In this document: positions 18,730-28,551 of the stretch, piece by piece
Layout: every line of letters starts with the position of its first letter
Position numbering within the stretch: position 1 is the first letter of the stretch
DNA from: a virus
Direction: 5' to 3' (one strand)
IMG/VR virus record: IMGVR_UViG_3300022907_000005
Coordinates: 1 to 64,000 of that record
Length of the DNA stretch: 64,000 nt
The notes under the pieces: model-generated
Seen by the model: only the letters and a program-made list of their open reading frames with translations
Told to the model about the DNA's origin: nothing
Databases searched by the model: none
Position numbers and translations under genes: made by a program

Positions 18730-19320
18730 CTATTTTTTTGTCCTTTTGGTACTCTTTTTAGGAGGATTTTCGTACAAATCCTTCCTTTTTTGCAGTCTTT
18801 CGATCACTTCAGGTGACTCCATCCAGTAGTCCTTACCGTCTAGCAATGATGTGAGTTCATCATCTTCCATGAATCCTTCATAAGTCTGCCGTACCAGCTT
18901 CTCACCCCACGATCTTTCCATTGTGACTTGGGCAAACATTTCGCTGCTCTTGCCATATGAGAAAGAGGAAAAGGTGTGAAACATAAACACTGTATGATCT
19001 GAGACTTCACATTGGTCGCCACACAAAAATAGCATGGTCGCTGCCGATGCAACAAAGCCTTCAGCCGAAGTGATCACTGTCGCTTCAGTCTCAGATAACA
19101 CCCGCATAAATTGTATTGCAGTGAATGCATCACCACCAGGCGAGTTCAAATGTATATACAATATGTCATTGGGACCTGCTGATCGAATGATATTAAACCA
19201 CTCGATGTACTTTGCTGGTTCTTCAATTTCACCAGATACATAAAAATGATGCACCTTGGTCATGATCTGATCTATGTAACCTGCAGGTCTTTGTACTAGC
19301 CCATCAATTAACTCGTTCAT
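18730..19320 (-). CDS. ClpP-like serine protease
   Basis: HLNSPGGD, VASAA (Ser), FMFH (His), KDYWM (Asp). Confidence 0.88.
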   Translation of the reverse strand: MNELIDGLVQRPAGYIDQIMTKVHHFYVSGEIEEPAKYIEWFNIIRSAGPNDILYIHLNSPGGDAFTAIQFMRVLSETEATVITSAEGFVASAATMLFLCGDQCEVSDHTVFMFHTFSSFSYGKSSEMFAQVTMERSWGEKLVRQTYEGFMEDDELTSLLDGKDYWMESPEVIERLQKRKDLYENPPKKSTKRTKK

Positions 19321-19672
19321 AATATCTTGTTACCGCCTTAATTTTTTCAATTTGTTTGTCAATGATAGCCGTTCGATTAGGCCAATGAATGTAATCCTTT
19401 TCAGGATTCTTTTTCAAATTAGTAAGTAGCGGCATGATTAGATCTTCGAGGTCACGCAACTTAGTCGCAACATCTTGTTCTACCAAAGCACGATGCTCAT
19501 TAATCATTCCTGAGTTATCAGCAGAGAGAACCCTGCTTTCAATTTCATATAGTTTAGATAGGACTTCATCTTTAAAATCTTCCGAGACTGCTGCTGTTGC
19601 AGGAGCTGCGGTAGTGGGGGTCATGTCCTCACTGTCAACAATAGTAAAGCCGAAATCGAAATCGTCTGCCAT
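19304..19672 (-). CDS. conserved hypothetical protein
   Basis: DFDFGF N-terminus, LKKNPEKDYIHWPNR motif. Confidence 0.8.
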   Translation of the reverse strand: MADDFDFGFTIVDSEDMTPTTAAPATAAVSEDFKDEVLSKLYEIESRVLSADNSGMINEHRALVEQDVATKLRDLEDLIMPLLTNLKKNPEKDYIHWPNRTAIIDKQIEKIKAVTRYYERVN

Positions 19673-19673
19673 A

Positions 19674-19883
19674 TTAGTCTTCTTCTGTAAAGTACTTATC
19701 GAGTACTGCTAGTTTTTCTTCGTACTCAGCAACCTTAGCAAGCTGAATTTCAAGCTCTGCCATGATGTCACTGTGTTCTCCGATACCAACAGGGTTAGTG
19801 AGCATGTTGTCCGCATTCAAAAGATGCTTGCCAATTTGCCCAGAGAAGTAGCCACGCGCTACTTTAATCATCTTATCTTTCAT
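19674..19883 (-). CDS. conserved hypothetical protein
   Basis: NPVGIGEHSDI motif, tightly packed in operon. Confidence 0.8.
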   Translation of the reverse strand: MKDKMIKVARGYFSGQIGKHLLNADNMLTNPVGIGEHSDIMAELEIQLAKVAEYEEKLAVLDKYFTEED

Positions 19884-19885
19884 AT

Positions 19886-20317
19886 TTATGTCTCCTCTTT
19901 AACACGATTTCTTAGGGTTGTACTACTGAAAGAATGCTTTCTAGAATTGTACACAATTTCTATTGGCAATTCTTTACCAGTAAATTCTTTGTCTCGGTAT
20001 TCTTCACCGATGACTCGCACATCTATAGGCAATGCGAGTAAGATATCAACTAAATCTGCCTCAGTATTGTAAACGATGATTTCATCTACATATTTTACCG
20101 CAGCTAACTGCAACTGCCTTTCTACAATACTCTGCACTGGCTTATTCTTATCACACCTATCTATAGTAGGATCATTTTGCAAACCTACAATAAGATGTTC
20201 ACAATGTCGCTTTGCTTCTTCTAACATCACGATATGTCCTGCATGTAACAGGTCAAAGGTAGAACAAGTGAAACCTATTCTAGAGAAGCCGATTTGCTTT
20301 TTGTAATCTAAGACCAT
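19886..20317 (-). CDS. cytidylyltransferase (TagD-like)
   Basis: TFDLLHAGH (HxGH), YVDEI, FSSTTLR. Confidence 0.9.
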   Translation of the reverse strand: MVLDYKKQIGFSRIGFTCSTFDLLHAGHIVMLEEAKRHCEHLIVGLQNDPTIDRCDKNKPVQSIVERQLQLAAVKYVDEIIVYNTEADLVDILLALPIDVRVIGEEYRDKEFTGKELPIEIVYNSRKHSFSSTTLRNRVKEET

Positions 20318-20816
20318 TATTTTTCACCTTTGTCTTAATGCGCTTTAACGCCATGTCCAATTTCAACTTCGACGCCCGCTGCGTAAAGTTTTGCCCTAGC
20401 ATATGATCATACTCATGCAAGAAAACTCTCGCAGCCAATTCAGTAAATGTTTCTGTAGCCCAACTACCGTCTGTTCGTTGATACCTTGCAGTGACAGAAG
20501 TTGGTCTTTTCAAGTTTAGCCACACTCCAGGCAAACTCAAGCAACCTTCTCTCATTGTAACAGTTTCATCTGATAAGTCAACTACTTCAGGGTTTATGAT
20601 GTACCGAACTAAGTCTTTTCCATCACCGAATGTGAATACTTGCATGTCTAGCCCAACCTGATTGGCAGATAAGCCAGCGCCATTCAATTCCAATTGCTTC
20701 TTCATAAGCGCCTTACCGACTTCTTCTGCATTGTACTTTTCAAAGTCAAATGGAGCGGGCTGCCTTTTCAGCATATCATTGCCAAATTCTACTAGTTGTA
20801 AATTCTTTAGATCCAT
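20280..20816 (-). CDS. def: peptide deformylase
   Basis: GLSANQVG, EGCLS, HEYDH. Confidence 0.95.
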   Translation of the reverse strand: MDLKNLQLVEFGNDMLKRQPAPFDFEKYNAEEVGKALMKKQLELNGAGLSANQVGLDMQVFTFGDGKDLVRYIINPEVVDLSDETVTMREGCLSLPGVWLNLKRPTSVTARYQRTDGSWATETFTELAARVFLHEYDHMLGQNFTQRASKLKLDMALKRIKTKVKNNGLRLQKANRLL

Positions 20817-22486
20817 TATGTCATTACCGAATAGTTTTGTTTCTTTTGAAATTTGATCACGCTTCTGAATTTATCAAATAGTACATCACCTTTATGTGAT
20901 ATGACAAATACATGTGTTTCATCACCAATAGTATTTAACAGGTTCATAACGTAGTCCGTTCCATTATTATCTAAGCTACTGTCAAACACCTCGTCAAGTA
21001 TCAGCAAGTTTGTTGCTGCCGAGTTTTTCATCTTTGCTATTGTTCTCCAGGTGAATAGCAAGGCTAAATCAATTCGCTGCTTCTCTCCTTCACTGAAACT
21101 AGCATACGAAAACTTGTCTCGATGTCTAGACTTAATCGTCTCGTTAAATTTCTCATCCAGATTAAACTGAACAAAGAAGTCCATAGACGCTAAGTATTTA
21201 TTGACAAGTTTATTTATCGCAGGAAGAAATTGCTTTATCACGCGAGTTTTGATGCCTGTATCTTTCAACAACGAGCCACATGCTGATAGATAGTGTTGCT
21301 CTTCATTTTTCTCTGACCTAGTTTTGTTACTCGCTACGACATCTTTAGCCAGAGTTTTTAACTTTGCAGTTTCTTCATCGATGTCTGCAACGTTACTTTT
21401 AGCGTCGTGGAGCTCCAGATTTAACCTCTGTAGCTGTCTTTGATTAAGTATGATGTCATTGTTAGCATCGGATATCTGAGTCATCAGTCTAGCCCACTCT
21501 TTAAGAGTAACCTCTACTTCATCCATCTGCGCATCTAATTCTAAGGTAGCTGCCTCTAACTCCTCTAGCTTAGAAGTTCGCGCTTCCTGCATCCCCGTTT
21601 TGAATTCATGAGGAATGCCCTGCTTACATGTAGGGCAATCATCATGATCCTGATAGAAGTCTAACTCGGTTTTAATTTTTCGGAGTTGTTGTGTGAATCG
21701 ATCTCGGTATCGAGCAAGGTCGGTTCTTTTTCCTTCTGGATCTCCAAGATTCGTCTTCTGCTCTGTGAGCGCAACTGCTGTTGTTTCCGCATCATTAATC
21801 GTCTTGTCGATTTCAAGTATTTGCTCCTTTATCTCTGTTATTTTATTGGCTTTGCTTTGCTCTAACGTTTCAATAAATTTCTTTTGCAATTCAGCCTTCT
21901 GTTTTGCAACTTCCATTTTGGTTTCTACGTCACGAATTGTGTCTTTGAGAATGTTTTGTTTTTCTTTAAGTACAGTATTCATCACAGTGAAGATTTTGAT
22001 ATCTAGGATGTCTTCGATAATTTCTCTGCGCTGACCCAGTGGTAGCTGCATAAAAGGAGTGAAGGACGCGGAGCCTAGTATCACAATCTGTGTGAACGAT
22101 TTGTAATTTAACTTTAGAACTACCTCCTCTAGGTACTTCTGAGAGTCTCTCGCCGCAGCGTCCTGGTCTACTAGAACATCATCGCAATATATTTCAAAGA
22201 TATTAGGCTTAGTGCCTCGTCGCACAAGATAATTATGTGTGCCGATCCTGAATTCGATTTCAACTACTAGTGACTTGTTATTTATAGTATTGAGTAGTTG
22301 AGGTTTAGTTATGTTTCTGAATGGCTTGTTGAATAGCACATAGCATAGTGCATCAAGCATTGTAGATTTGCCGCTGCCGTTCTCACCTACAATAAGAGTA
22401 GACGGGCTGCGAGTGAATTGCATTTCAGTAAATGCGTTTCCTGTTGACAGGAAGTTTTTCCATCGAAGTTTCTCAAAATATATCAT
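20816..22486 (-). CDS. 46: recombination nuclease ATPase subunit gp46 (Rad50/SbcC-like)
   Basis: GENGSGKS, CPTC hook, FSEGEKQRIDL, LDEVFD. Confidence 0.97.
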   Translation of the reverse strand: MIYFEKLRWKNFLSTGNAFTEMQFTRSPSTLIVGENGSGKSTMLDALCYVLFNKPFRNITKPQLLNTINNKSLVVEIEFRIGTHNYLVRRGTKPNIFEIYCDDVLVDQDAAARDSQKYLEEVVLKLNYKSFTQIVILGSASFTPFMQLPLGQRREIIEDILDIKIFTVMNTVLKEKQNILKDTIRDVETKMEVAKQKAELQKKFIETLEQSKANKITEIKEQILEIDKTINDAETTAVALTEQKTNLGDPEGKRTDLARYRDRFTQQLRKIKTELDFYQDHDDCPTCKQGIPHEFKTGMQEARTSKLEELEAATLELDAQMDEVEVTLKEWARLMTQISDANNDIILNQRQLQRLNLELHDAKSNVADIDEETAKLKTLAKDVVASNKTRSEKNEEQHYLSACGSLLKDTGIKTRVIKQFLPAINKLVNKYLASMDFFVQFNLDEKFNETIKSRHRDKFSYASFSEGEKQRIDLALLFTWRTIAKMKNSAATNLLILDEVFDSSLDNNGTDYVMNLLNTIGDETHVFVISHKGDVLFDKFRSVIKFQKKQNYSVMT

Positions 22487-23135
22487 AAGTTCTCTTCAAC
22501 CAAGGCATGATAACTTGCCGTGTAAATGTTTTATGTTGCACATCGTCGGGATGACAGTGATAGCCCTCAGACTCTCTCTTTGTAAACACTGTGTCAGAAT
22601 ACGCTTCTAACCAATCAAATTCACCTTCGACAGGCAGCCAGTTTTTTCTACTCGCTTTCAATAATTTATACTCGGCATTATCAGTACCCTCTAGACTCAG
22701 TTCGCTAGGATATGCTGACATACGAGTCATAAAATATTTCACACCTTTGTTTTGCAGATACTGTTCAGTTAGAAACTGCCAGTATGCGGTAGTCAGGGCA
22801 GCACCTGTTAAGTCATGTAAGTTATTATAGTACACTGTTGACAATGGATCATCCCAATGAGCATTGAGAGTTTGCCAGTCATCGCCTTGATAAACTTCGT
22901 GACGATCAATGCCTGTCCACATTACACCTACAAGCAGATCTTCGGCTGACAGTTCTTCTAACAATCGCTCAACGCCTTGAACAACAGTTCGCGCAATGTA
23001 CTGATTACCTACAGATGATTTAGCATAATTTACTAGTGGCACATTTAAAATTTCAGACAGAGGTAAAGGCCAACAACGGGTGTGACCTTCTTCTGTTTCA
23101 GTAAAGCTACACCCTGAAGTTAGTAATACCTTCAT
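22473..23135 (-). CDS. SGNH-like hydrolase/acyltransferase
   Basis: GCSFT block I, GN block, C-terminal HP..H. Confidence 0.6.
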   Translation of the reverse strand: MKVLLTSGCSFTETEEGHTRCWPLPLSEILNVPLVNYAKSSVGNQYIARTVVQGVERLLEELSAEDLLVGVMWTGIDRHEVYQGDDWQTLNAHWDDPLSTVYYNNLHDLTGAALTTAYWQFLTEQYLQNKGVKYFMTRMSAYPSELSLEGTDNAEYKLLKASRKNWLPVEGEFDWLEAYSDTVFTKRESEGYHCHPDDVQHKTFTRQVIMPWLKRTYDIF

Positions 23136-24196
23136 TTAATATCTTGTGCTTCCACATATAGAGTTCGCAATTGTGTTTTCAACCTATCACGGTCAAGATC
23201 AGTATTGATATTATCCACATAATCTACAAGCAATGTCATCGTATCCTCTAGATCAATATTCTCTTCACCTACTGCCTCGTCTTCAAACTCAGAAAAGTCT
23301 TCGATGATTTTCAACTCATTGAGGTTACAAGTATACAACGTATCAACTAGCTTGTCAAATGCCGTGAAGTCCGTTTTGTTCACAACAATCAATTTGACAG
23401 ATCGGTTCTGTAACGTAGAGTAATCAAATTCCTCAATCTGTTTCATAACCTGTACATTAGTATCATCATAGTATACTTTATGAAACATTTTGTAGGGATT
23501 CTCATAAAATGTAAAGTCTACAGTTTCTGTCTCCATGATATGAAACCCTCTCGGATCATCGTAATCTGACCAAGTAATTTCGTATGGATTTCCGAGATAA
23601 AATATATTACCACTACGGTCACGATGATGAAAGTGCCCACTACAAACAAGGTCAAACTGATTAAAAATCTTAGAATCCATACCATGCTCATTTCTAACGC
23701 CTTTATACATCTGGAAACCAGCAAGTTCAAAATGACCAAAACAAATGGTAGCATCTGCATTCTCCAAAGCATCTTTTGATGCTGCATAATTCTCTGAACA
23801 GATCCAAGGCATCAGTAGAATATTAGTATTGCCGAACTTAACTTCAGTCGGATCTTGATACAAAATTATGTTGTCATACTCTGCGAGTAATAGGTTAGGT
23901 GAGTTTACTTCATTTGTATTTTTGAAATAGGTGTCGTGATTGCCTGGTATAAGATGTATGTCTATACCTCTGCGGCGTGCCGCATCAAAAAAATATTTCT
24001 TGCAACTCGCTAAGGTGTTGAAATTGATGTACTTCCGTCGATCAAAAATATCACCCAAGTGAATGATTGTCTTTACACCCTGTTTCTCTATCTCAGGGAA
24101 AAACGAATCATTGTAGAAACTCTCAAAGAAATTGTCAAACGGAATAGAATCCGATCTAGCACCGAAGTGCGTGTCCGTGATGATTGCTACCTTCAT
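23132..24196 (-). CDS. 47: recombination nuclease gp47 (Mre11/SbcD-like)
   Basis: TDTHFG, LGDIFD, GNHD, GHFE, SGHFH. Confidence 0.97.
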   Translation of the reverse strand: MKVAIITDTHFGARSDSIPFDNFFESFYNDSFFPEIEKQGVKTIIHLGDIFDRRKYINFNTLASCKKYFFDAARRRGIDIHLIPGNHDTYFKNTNEVNSPNLLLAEYDNIILYQDPTEVKFGNTNILLMPWICSENYAASKDALENADATICFGHFELAGFQMYKGVRNEHGMDSKIFNQFDLVCSGHFHHRDRSGNIFYLGNPYEITWSDYDDPRGFHIMETETVDFTFYENPYKMFHKVYYDDTNVQVMKQIEEFDYSTLQNRSVKLIVVNKTDFTAFDKLVDTLYTCNLNELKIIEDFSEFEDEAVGEENIDLEDTMTLLVDYVDNINTDLDRDRLKTQLRTLYVEAQDIK

Positions 24197-24639
24197 GCGT
24201 AAAAGACACCGGAGTTTGCGCCGTGTTCCATACACTCAACTTCGGTCACCCAACAGCGATTGTCTGTCATGTTTCTAACCATTTCATCAGTATATATGAA
24301 TGCGTGTTCAGCAAACTTTTCACACCCCACGCCATCAAGTACAGTAAGTGATGCGAGTCCAGATTCTTCTAACTCTTCAAACATATCCATTGCGGGGTCG
24401 TTAACATCGACAACAAGTTTGTGGTCAAAGTGATCTTCAAGCCAATATTTAAGGTCCTTCAGACCGCCGAAATCTACAACCCAGTTCTTATCATCTAAAC
24501 TTTCACAAGCAAAAGTAAACTTGAATCCTAGAGAATACCCATGCAACAAAGAGCAATGACTATGCGTTGCGTTAGGCTGTCTGAAAGTACACGAAAGTCC
24601 TCTCTCATGTCCATATGTTTTTGTAGATAAATGCATCAC
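24193..24639 (-). CDS. queD: 6-carboxytetrahydropterin synthase
   Basis: HCSLLHGY, WVVDFG, FDH, GCEKFAE, EHGANS. Confidence 0.92.
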   Translation of the reverse strand: MMHLSTKTYGHERGLSCTFRQPNATHSHCSLLHGYSLGFKFTFACESLDDKNWVVDFGGLKDLKYWLEDHFDHKLVVDVNDPAMDMFEELEESGLASLTVLDGVGCEKFAEHAFIYTDEMVRNMTDNRCWVTEVECMEHGANSGVFYA

Positions 24640-25682
24640 TCTTCACCCTTTAGTACGTTGATTAAACCGTCAGCAGAAAAATATTCTTCTGTTAGAAACT
24701 TATAATTCTTATCTATACTATGTAACATCAAACCATCATCATAGAATGTCATCATCTGTCGAATACGGGCAAGCAACTCTTCTCGGTGCTTTTCATATTG
24801 AGCAAAAGATGCTGTCCAATCAGATGGATATTTGAATTCGTGACTGTACATTTCGCTGTACGATAGAGCATCCGGCACTAACGGCATGCCGCCTGCACAT
24901 AGAATTTCATAGCAACCTATACCTAGAGTCTCCTGTAAGTTTGCAGAGAACACCATCTTAGCTGAACCAAGCAACTTATGATACTCTGCTTTAGTGAGAG
25001 ATTCATCTTGTGCTACAACCAGTGTGTACTCAGGTAAATGTTTCTGCATATCTCTGAATATTTCAGGCTGTTTCTCGACAGCTAATCGATGTGGGAATAG
25101 TATCACATCCTCTTTATCGATACCACGTGTGTCATGCGCAATCTCATGGATCAAATAATCCATAGGCCAGCCTGTTCGATACGTTCTATCAGTGCCAAAG
25201 CAGACATTGAACATACCCTTGTGATCATGCGATGCAAACCAATTGTAGTCGTATGCATGATAAAAACTTTTCTCGGCATGTTGCAACCATCGCTGATCAC
25301 CATGCGCGCCGAGAAAATCATTAGGGTCATACGAACCGGCATGCCAAAGACCGTGAGTTTCTACAGGTACACCTAGCAACTGTGACATGTATTTTAAGTT
25401 GATGATACCTGGATGCCACGCATCAGCGAACACGAACTTGTCGCCTGGTTGGACTTTGTTTGCATGAAACAACTCAGCAATTTTCCTAACTTGCTCAGAC
25501 TTGTAGATGTTCGTACCAGAGAAATTTAGAAATGCACCAGGTGTTGCGCACTCAGCAATGTTATTAGGACCGTCAATGACAGTCACAGCCGCACCCGCAT
25601 TTCTAATAGCCTCAGGGAAATGTACTTTCCACTGTGCTGTGTAGCGAGTCTCTACATATTCTAGATCAACTAAATAGATCAT
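24636..25682 (-). CDS. GT-B fold glycosyltransferase
   Basis: FPHRLAVEKQPE and ETLGIGCYE (EX7E-like) GT4-type motifs. Confidence 0.8.
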   Translation of the reverse strand: MIYLVDLEYVETRYTAQWKVHFPEAIRNAGAAVTVIDGPNNIAECATPGAFLNFSGTNIYKSEQVRKIAELFHANKVQPGDKFVFADAWHPGIINLKYMSQLLGVPVETHGLWHAGSYDPNDFLGAHGDQRWLQHAEKSFYHAYDYNWFASHDHKGMFNVCFGTDRTYRTGWPMDYLIHEIAHDTRGIDKEDVILFPHRLAVEKQPEIFRDMQKHLPEYTLVVAQDESLTKAEYHKLLGSAKMVFSANLQETLGIGCYEILCAGGMPLVPDALSYSEMYSHEFKYPSDWTASFAQYEKHREELLARIRQMMTFYDDGLMLHSIDKNYKFLTEEYFSADGLINVLKGEE

Positions 25683-26022
25683 TCTGTACAATACCCCCAT
25701 TCTCATCGTCTTCGTAAACTTCAACCTTGCAAGCTCTGTCAGGGTAATATGCTTCCATGTAATCAAGCAGACTATCTGCAAGCATTTCACATGATTGATT
25801 GTTTAACTGCAAAGTCCCGCCATCATATAACGCTTCAAGTTCACGCTTCAATAGTATGAATTCAACATCTCTGTCATCATGAAACACTCCAAGAGTCACA
25901 TAGAAGTGAAACATATGCCGATGTGGGTATTGCAAAAATTCTACACCAGGTAGATTTGCAGCGGCAGGGTATTTGTGAATGCCTTCTTTCTGAAAACTAA
26001 CCTGAATAAAACTTTTTCTCAT
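25666..26022 (-). CDS. dpdL: QueD-paralog T-fold protein, DpdL-like (putative CDG decarboxylase)
   Basis: LQYPHRHMF matches the LxxxHRHxF signature as I recall it for DpdL; SCE and terminal EDDENG; adjacent to dpdA. Confidence 0.7.
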   Translation of the reverse strand: MRKSFIQVSFQKEGIHKYPAAANLPGVEFLQYPHRHMFHFYVTLGVFHDDRDVEFILLKRELEALYDGGTLQLNNQSCEMLADSLLDYMEAYYPDRACKVEVYEDDENGGIVQNDLFS

Positions 26023-27284
26023 AAAAACAAATCCTCTAATGACGGCGGTGCGTCTGTTCGTACAGGGGTAGATTTCATACTACCTCCCAGATACTGGTCA
26101 GATTCCCATCTACGGAAATCGTCAACAGATTTGATATTATACAAGTTTCTGAATTGATGTTCAAGCCGCATCTTGACCGAATACTTCAATAAAGCATCTT
26201 TGTCAGTCAGCATGGTTTGCATAGTTCGCATGAAGTTTCGAGTACTACCTGCAACAACCATAGTCCTAACACGCATCCACATATACAGATCGCCGCCTAG
26301 TTTCTTATAGTCACCTACGCCGTTGTTTAGCACATTGTAGAAGTCTTCAATAGTAGTACCTACATCCATAACTGTATTGAGATCGTTGTAAATTAATTCA
26401 TAGTTAGGACCCCATGCTCTACCTATGGACATAGTTCTGCCATTGATAAAGTACAATCCATTCTCTGCTGCTCTTGCATGCGAGGTACTATCATATGAAA
26501 TTTCAACGTGATCATACAGCCCATTCTGACAAAAGATTAGATAAGGAATCATGCGTCGAACACTGCCGACTCCTAGAACGTGAAGATGTAATTTGCCTTC
26601 TGCATTTCTAAAAGGAAGCTGACTAGCAATAAATGCACGTTTCACATCTTCAAGTGGTCCTGTTCCGAGTGCAGCCGCACCCATAGCAACGCCTCCAATG
26701 TAGCCGTGTCCGCTCTGTGGGACCTCAGATAGCATCCTATCAAACCAAGTCATGTATGTGTCATAGCAATTTCCTTGTAAAATTGCAAATGATTTACAGG
26801 AGCTTGATTTCTCATCAAATATCTCTACTTGCTTTCTGATATTATTGCCTGTTTTTCTAGCAAGTGCCTCGTAGTTTTCAAAGTCAAAGTATCTACCTGA
26901 AACATCGTTTCTATCTGACTTGCCACTTGGCATGATGATAGGTATCTCATCAAAGCACATACCAACATCAGCAAATTCCGCTTGATTGTGATATACCTTT
27001 TCTTTCAACTCTTCAGTGATAGTCTTACCTTGTGTGACTATCTGCAATCCACCAGAGTCTGCGTGAATGTTTTTGATATGATCTCTGTAAGGTTCAAATC
27101 GTCCTCCATAGTCTGCTTCTTGATATGCATTATACAAGATAGAATAATTGTGACTATAATGATTGTTGACAAAATTATCAAAGATTTGATTTATCACGCC
27201 AGCAGTATCAGGATCATTAGCCGCAAGAGGGTTTGCGATCCGCATATAGCTTGTCCCTGATACTACATACTCTAGCTTATGCAT
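26019..27284 (-). CDS. dpdA: TGT-fold 7-deazaguanine transglycosylase (DpdA family)
   Basis: ADSGGLQ (TGT DSGGFQ), FDEIP, ILQG, GGVAMG, HVLGVG, SYDSTS; context with folE/queD/queE. Confidence 0.85.
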   Translation of the reverse strand: MHKLEYVVSGTSYMRIANPLAANDPDTAGVINQIFDNFVNNHYSHNYSILYNAYQEADYGGRFEPYRDHIKNIHADSGGLQIVTQGKTITEELKEKVYHNQAEFADVGMCFDEIPIIMPSGKSDRNDVSGRYFDFENYEALARKTGNNIRKQVEIFDEKSSSCKSFAILQGNCYDTYMTWFDRMLSEVPQSGHGYIGGVAMGAAALGTGPLEDVKRAFIASQLPFRNAEGKLHLHVLGVGSVRRMIPYLIFCQNGLYDHVEISYDSTSHARAAENGLYFINGRTMSIGRAWGPNYELIYNDLNTVMDVGTTIEDFYNVLNNGVGDYKKLGGDLYMWMRVRTMVVAGSTRNFMRTMQTMLTDKDALLKYSVKMRLEHQFRNLYNIKSVDDFRRWESDQYLGGSMKSTPVRTDAPPSLEDLFL

Positions 27285-27816
27285 TCATGAAGTCCGGGGT
27301 AGCTCTGTTAGTCCACTTAGAGAAATGTGCCTTGTATTGTCGATAATATTTTTGATATGCCAACACAGCATCATCACCCTTGACATCATCAGGCATTGCT
27401 TGCGGCAATACAGTAAGATTGCCTTCAGGGATATTCTTAGGTGAGTCAACAACAAGTGCGTGTAGTTTTGTATAGGAACCATGCTCTTTGCCATAGCGAA
27501 AGGTATACTCGTTGCATGTTTCAATCCAGAGTGTGTGCAACCATCGATAGTTCGCAGACGTTTCGCGTGTCCATATGTTAGAAGGATGGTTGATATGACT
27601 AGCTTTGTACAGCGTAGACTCCATTACATCATCAGACATGCGCCAACGCTTGATGCGTCGATTGTTTGCAGTTTTATCGATATACATTTCACCGTCAAGT
27701 ACACGGTGAGCAGTAGAAAGTAACTGAGCATATTCTGTAGCCATCTTCACAACATGCTTGTCGTTTTGTAGCATTGCGGCAACAGCAGGATCTTCGTTTA
27801 GTTTGAATACATTCAT
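27277..27816 (-). CDS. pyrimidine-dimer glycosylase (EndoV)-like protein
   Basis: MNVF ... DKHVVKMATEYAQLLSTAH, HINHPSNIW, EYTFRYGKEH. Confidence 0.7.
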   Translation of the reverse strand: MNVFKLNEDPAVAAMLQNDKHVVKMATEYAQLLSTAHRVLDGEMYIDKTANNRRIKRWRMSDDVMESTLYKASHINHPSNIWTRETSANYRWLHTLWIETCNEYTFRYGKEHGSYTKLHALVVDSPKNIPEGNLTVLPQAMPDDVKGDDAVLAYQKYYRQYKAHFSKWTNRATPDFMNA

Positions 27817-28025
27817 AGACCTAACACCTTTTTGATTTCATTACTCTGCTCAATCTTACCTAGATAGTAAGCATCAATAATAATATTATAGATGGTTTCT
27901 CTGTCCATGTCAAGCAATTTATGATCTTCTTTTTGACCAAGTCCGTCACGAAGACTCACAACCAAATCGCCTTGGTAGGTCATCTTGATGTCTGTTACAT
28001 CACGAAGGATTTTAGGCTTCTTCAT
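27813..28025 (-). CDS. hypothetical protein
   Basis: 70 aa, translationally coupled. Confidence 0.7.
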   Translation of the reverse strand: MKKPKILRDVTDIKMTYQGDLVVSLRDGLGQKEDHKLLDMDRETIYNIIIDAYYLGKIEQSNEIKKVLGL

Positions 28026-28026
28026 A

Positions 28027-28551
28027 CTAACTCCTGAGTATAGTCAATAAGGTTCGCGTTTGACTCATTGCATCGTCAAGTGCATTATGATGAGTGTCAG
28101 CCTCTGCCTTTCGTATCTTAACATTACTAACGCCTACTAGATTCAACACTGTCCTGTAGCACTGCACTTTCCATGCTGACCATGGGATAGTCCTATCAGT
28201 GTTCCAGTATGCTGATTCTAATATCGATATGTCAAACGCGGCACCGTTGCCCCAGATGACAGTATTCTTTCGGTCAGTCCCATACCATTCAGCAAACATA
28301 TCCAATGCATCACCAATTGGTTTAGGATCAACAGTCAATGCTTTCCTAGCATCCGGTGACTGCCTTGACCACCACTCAACCGTTTCTTTGGATACATGCA
28401 ACCCAACATCTTTACATGATTGACCATCAACATTAACATAGAATGTATCAAGTACCCCATCTTCGACATTAAAAGCCACTGCACCGATAGAAAGAATTGC
28501 CGCATAAGGTCTGACGCTAAGAGTTTCGATGTCTACCATTATATGTTTCAT
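28027..28551 (-). CDS. DEDDh 3'-5' exonuclease (DexA/Rv2179c-like)
   Basis: MVDIETL, WGNGAAFD, HNALDDA. Confidence 0.88.
   Translation of the reverse strand: MKHIMVDIETLSVRPYAAILSIGAVAFNVEDGVLDTFYVNVDGQSCKDVGLHVSKETVEWWSRQSPDARKALTVDPKPIGDALDMFAEWYGTDRKNTVIWGNGAAFDISILESAYWNTDRTIPWSAWKVQCYRTVLNLVGVSNVKIRKAEADTHHNALDDAMSQTRTLLTILRS

Noticed and set aside
25666-25686. DpdL-like C-terminus QNDLFS resembles a clamp motif
   Set aside because: Sequence is constrained by overlap with the GT start (MIYLV), so it may be coincidental
26019-27284. tRNA queuosine TGT interpretation
   Set aside because: No TGT zinc-binding motif, no queC/queF/queA, and the clamp-like tail and context favour a DNA-directed DpdA
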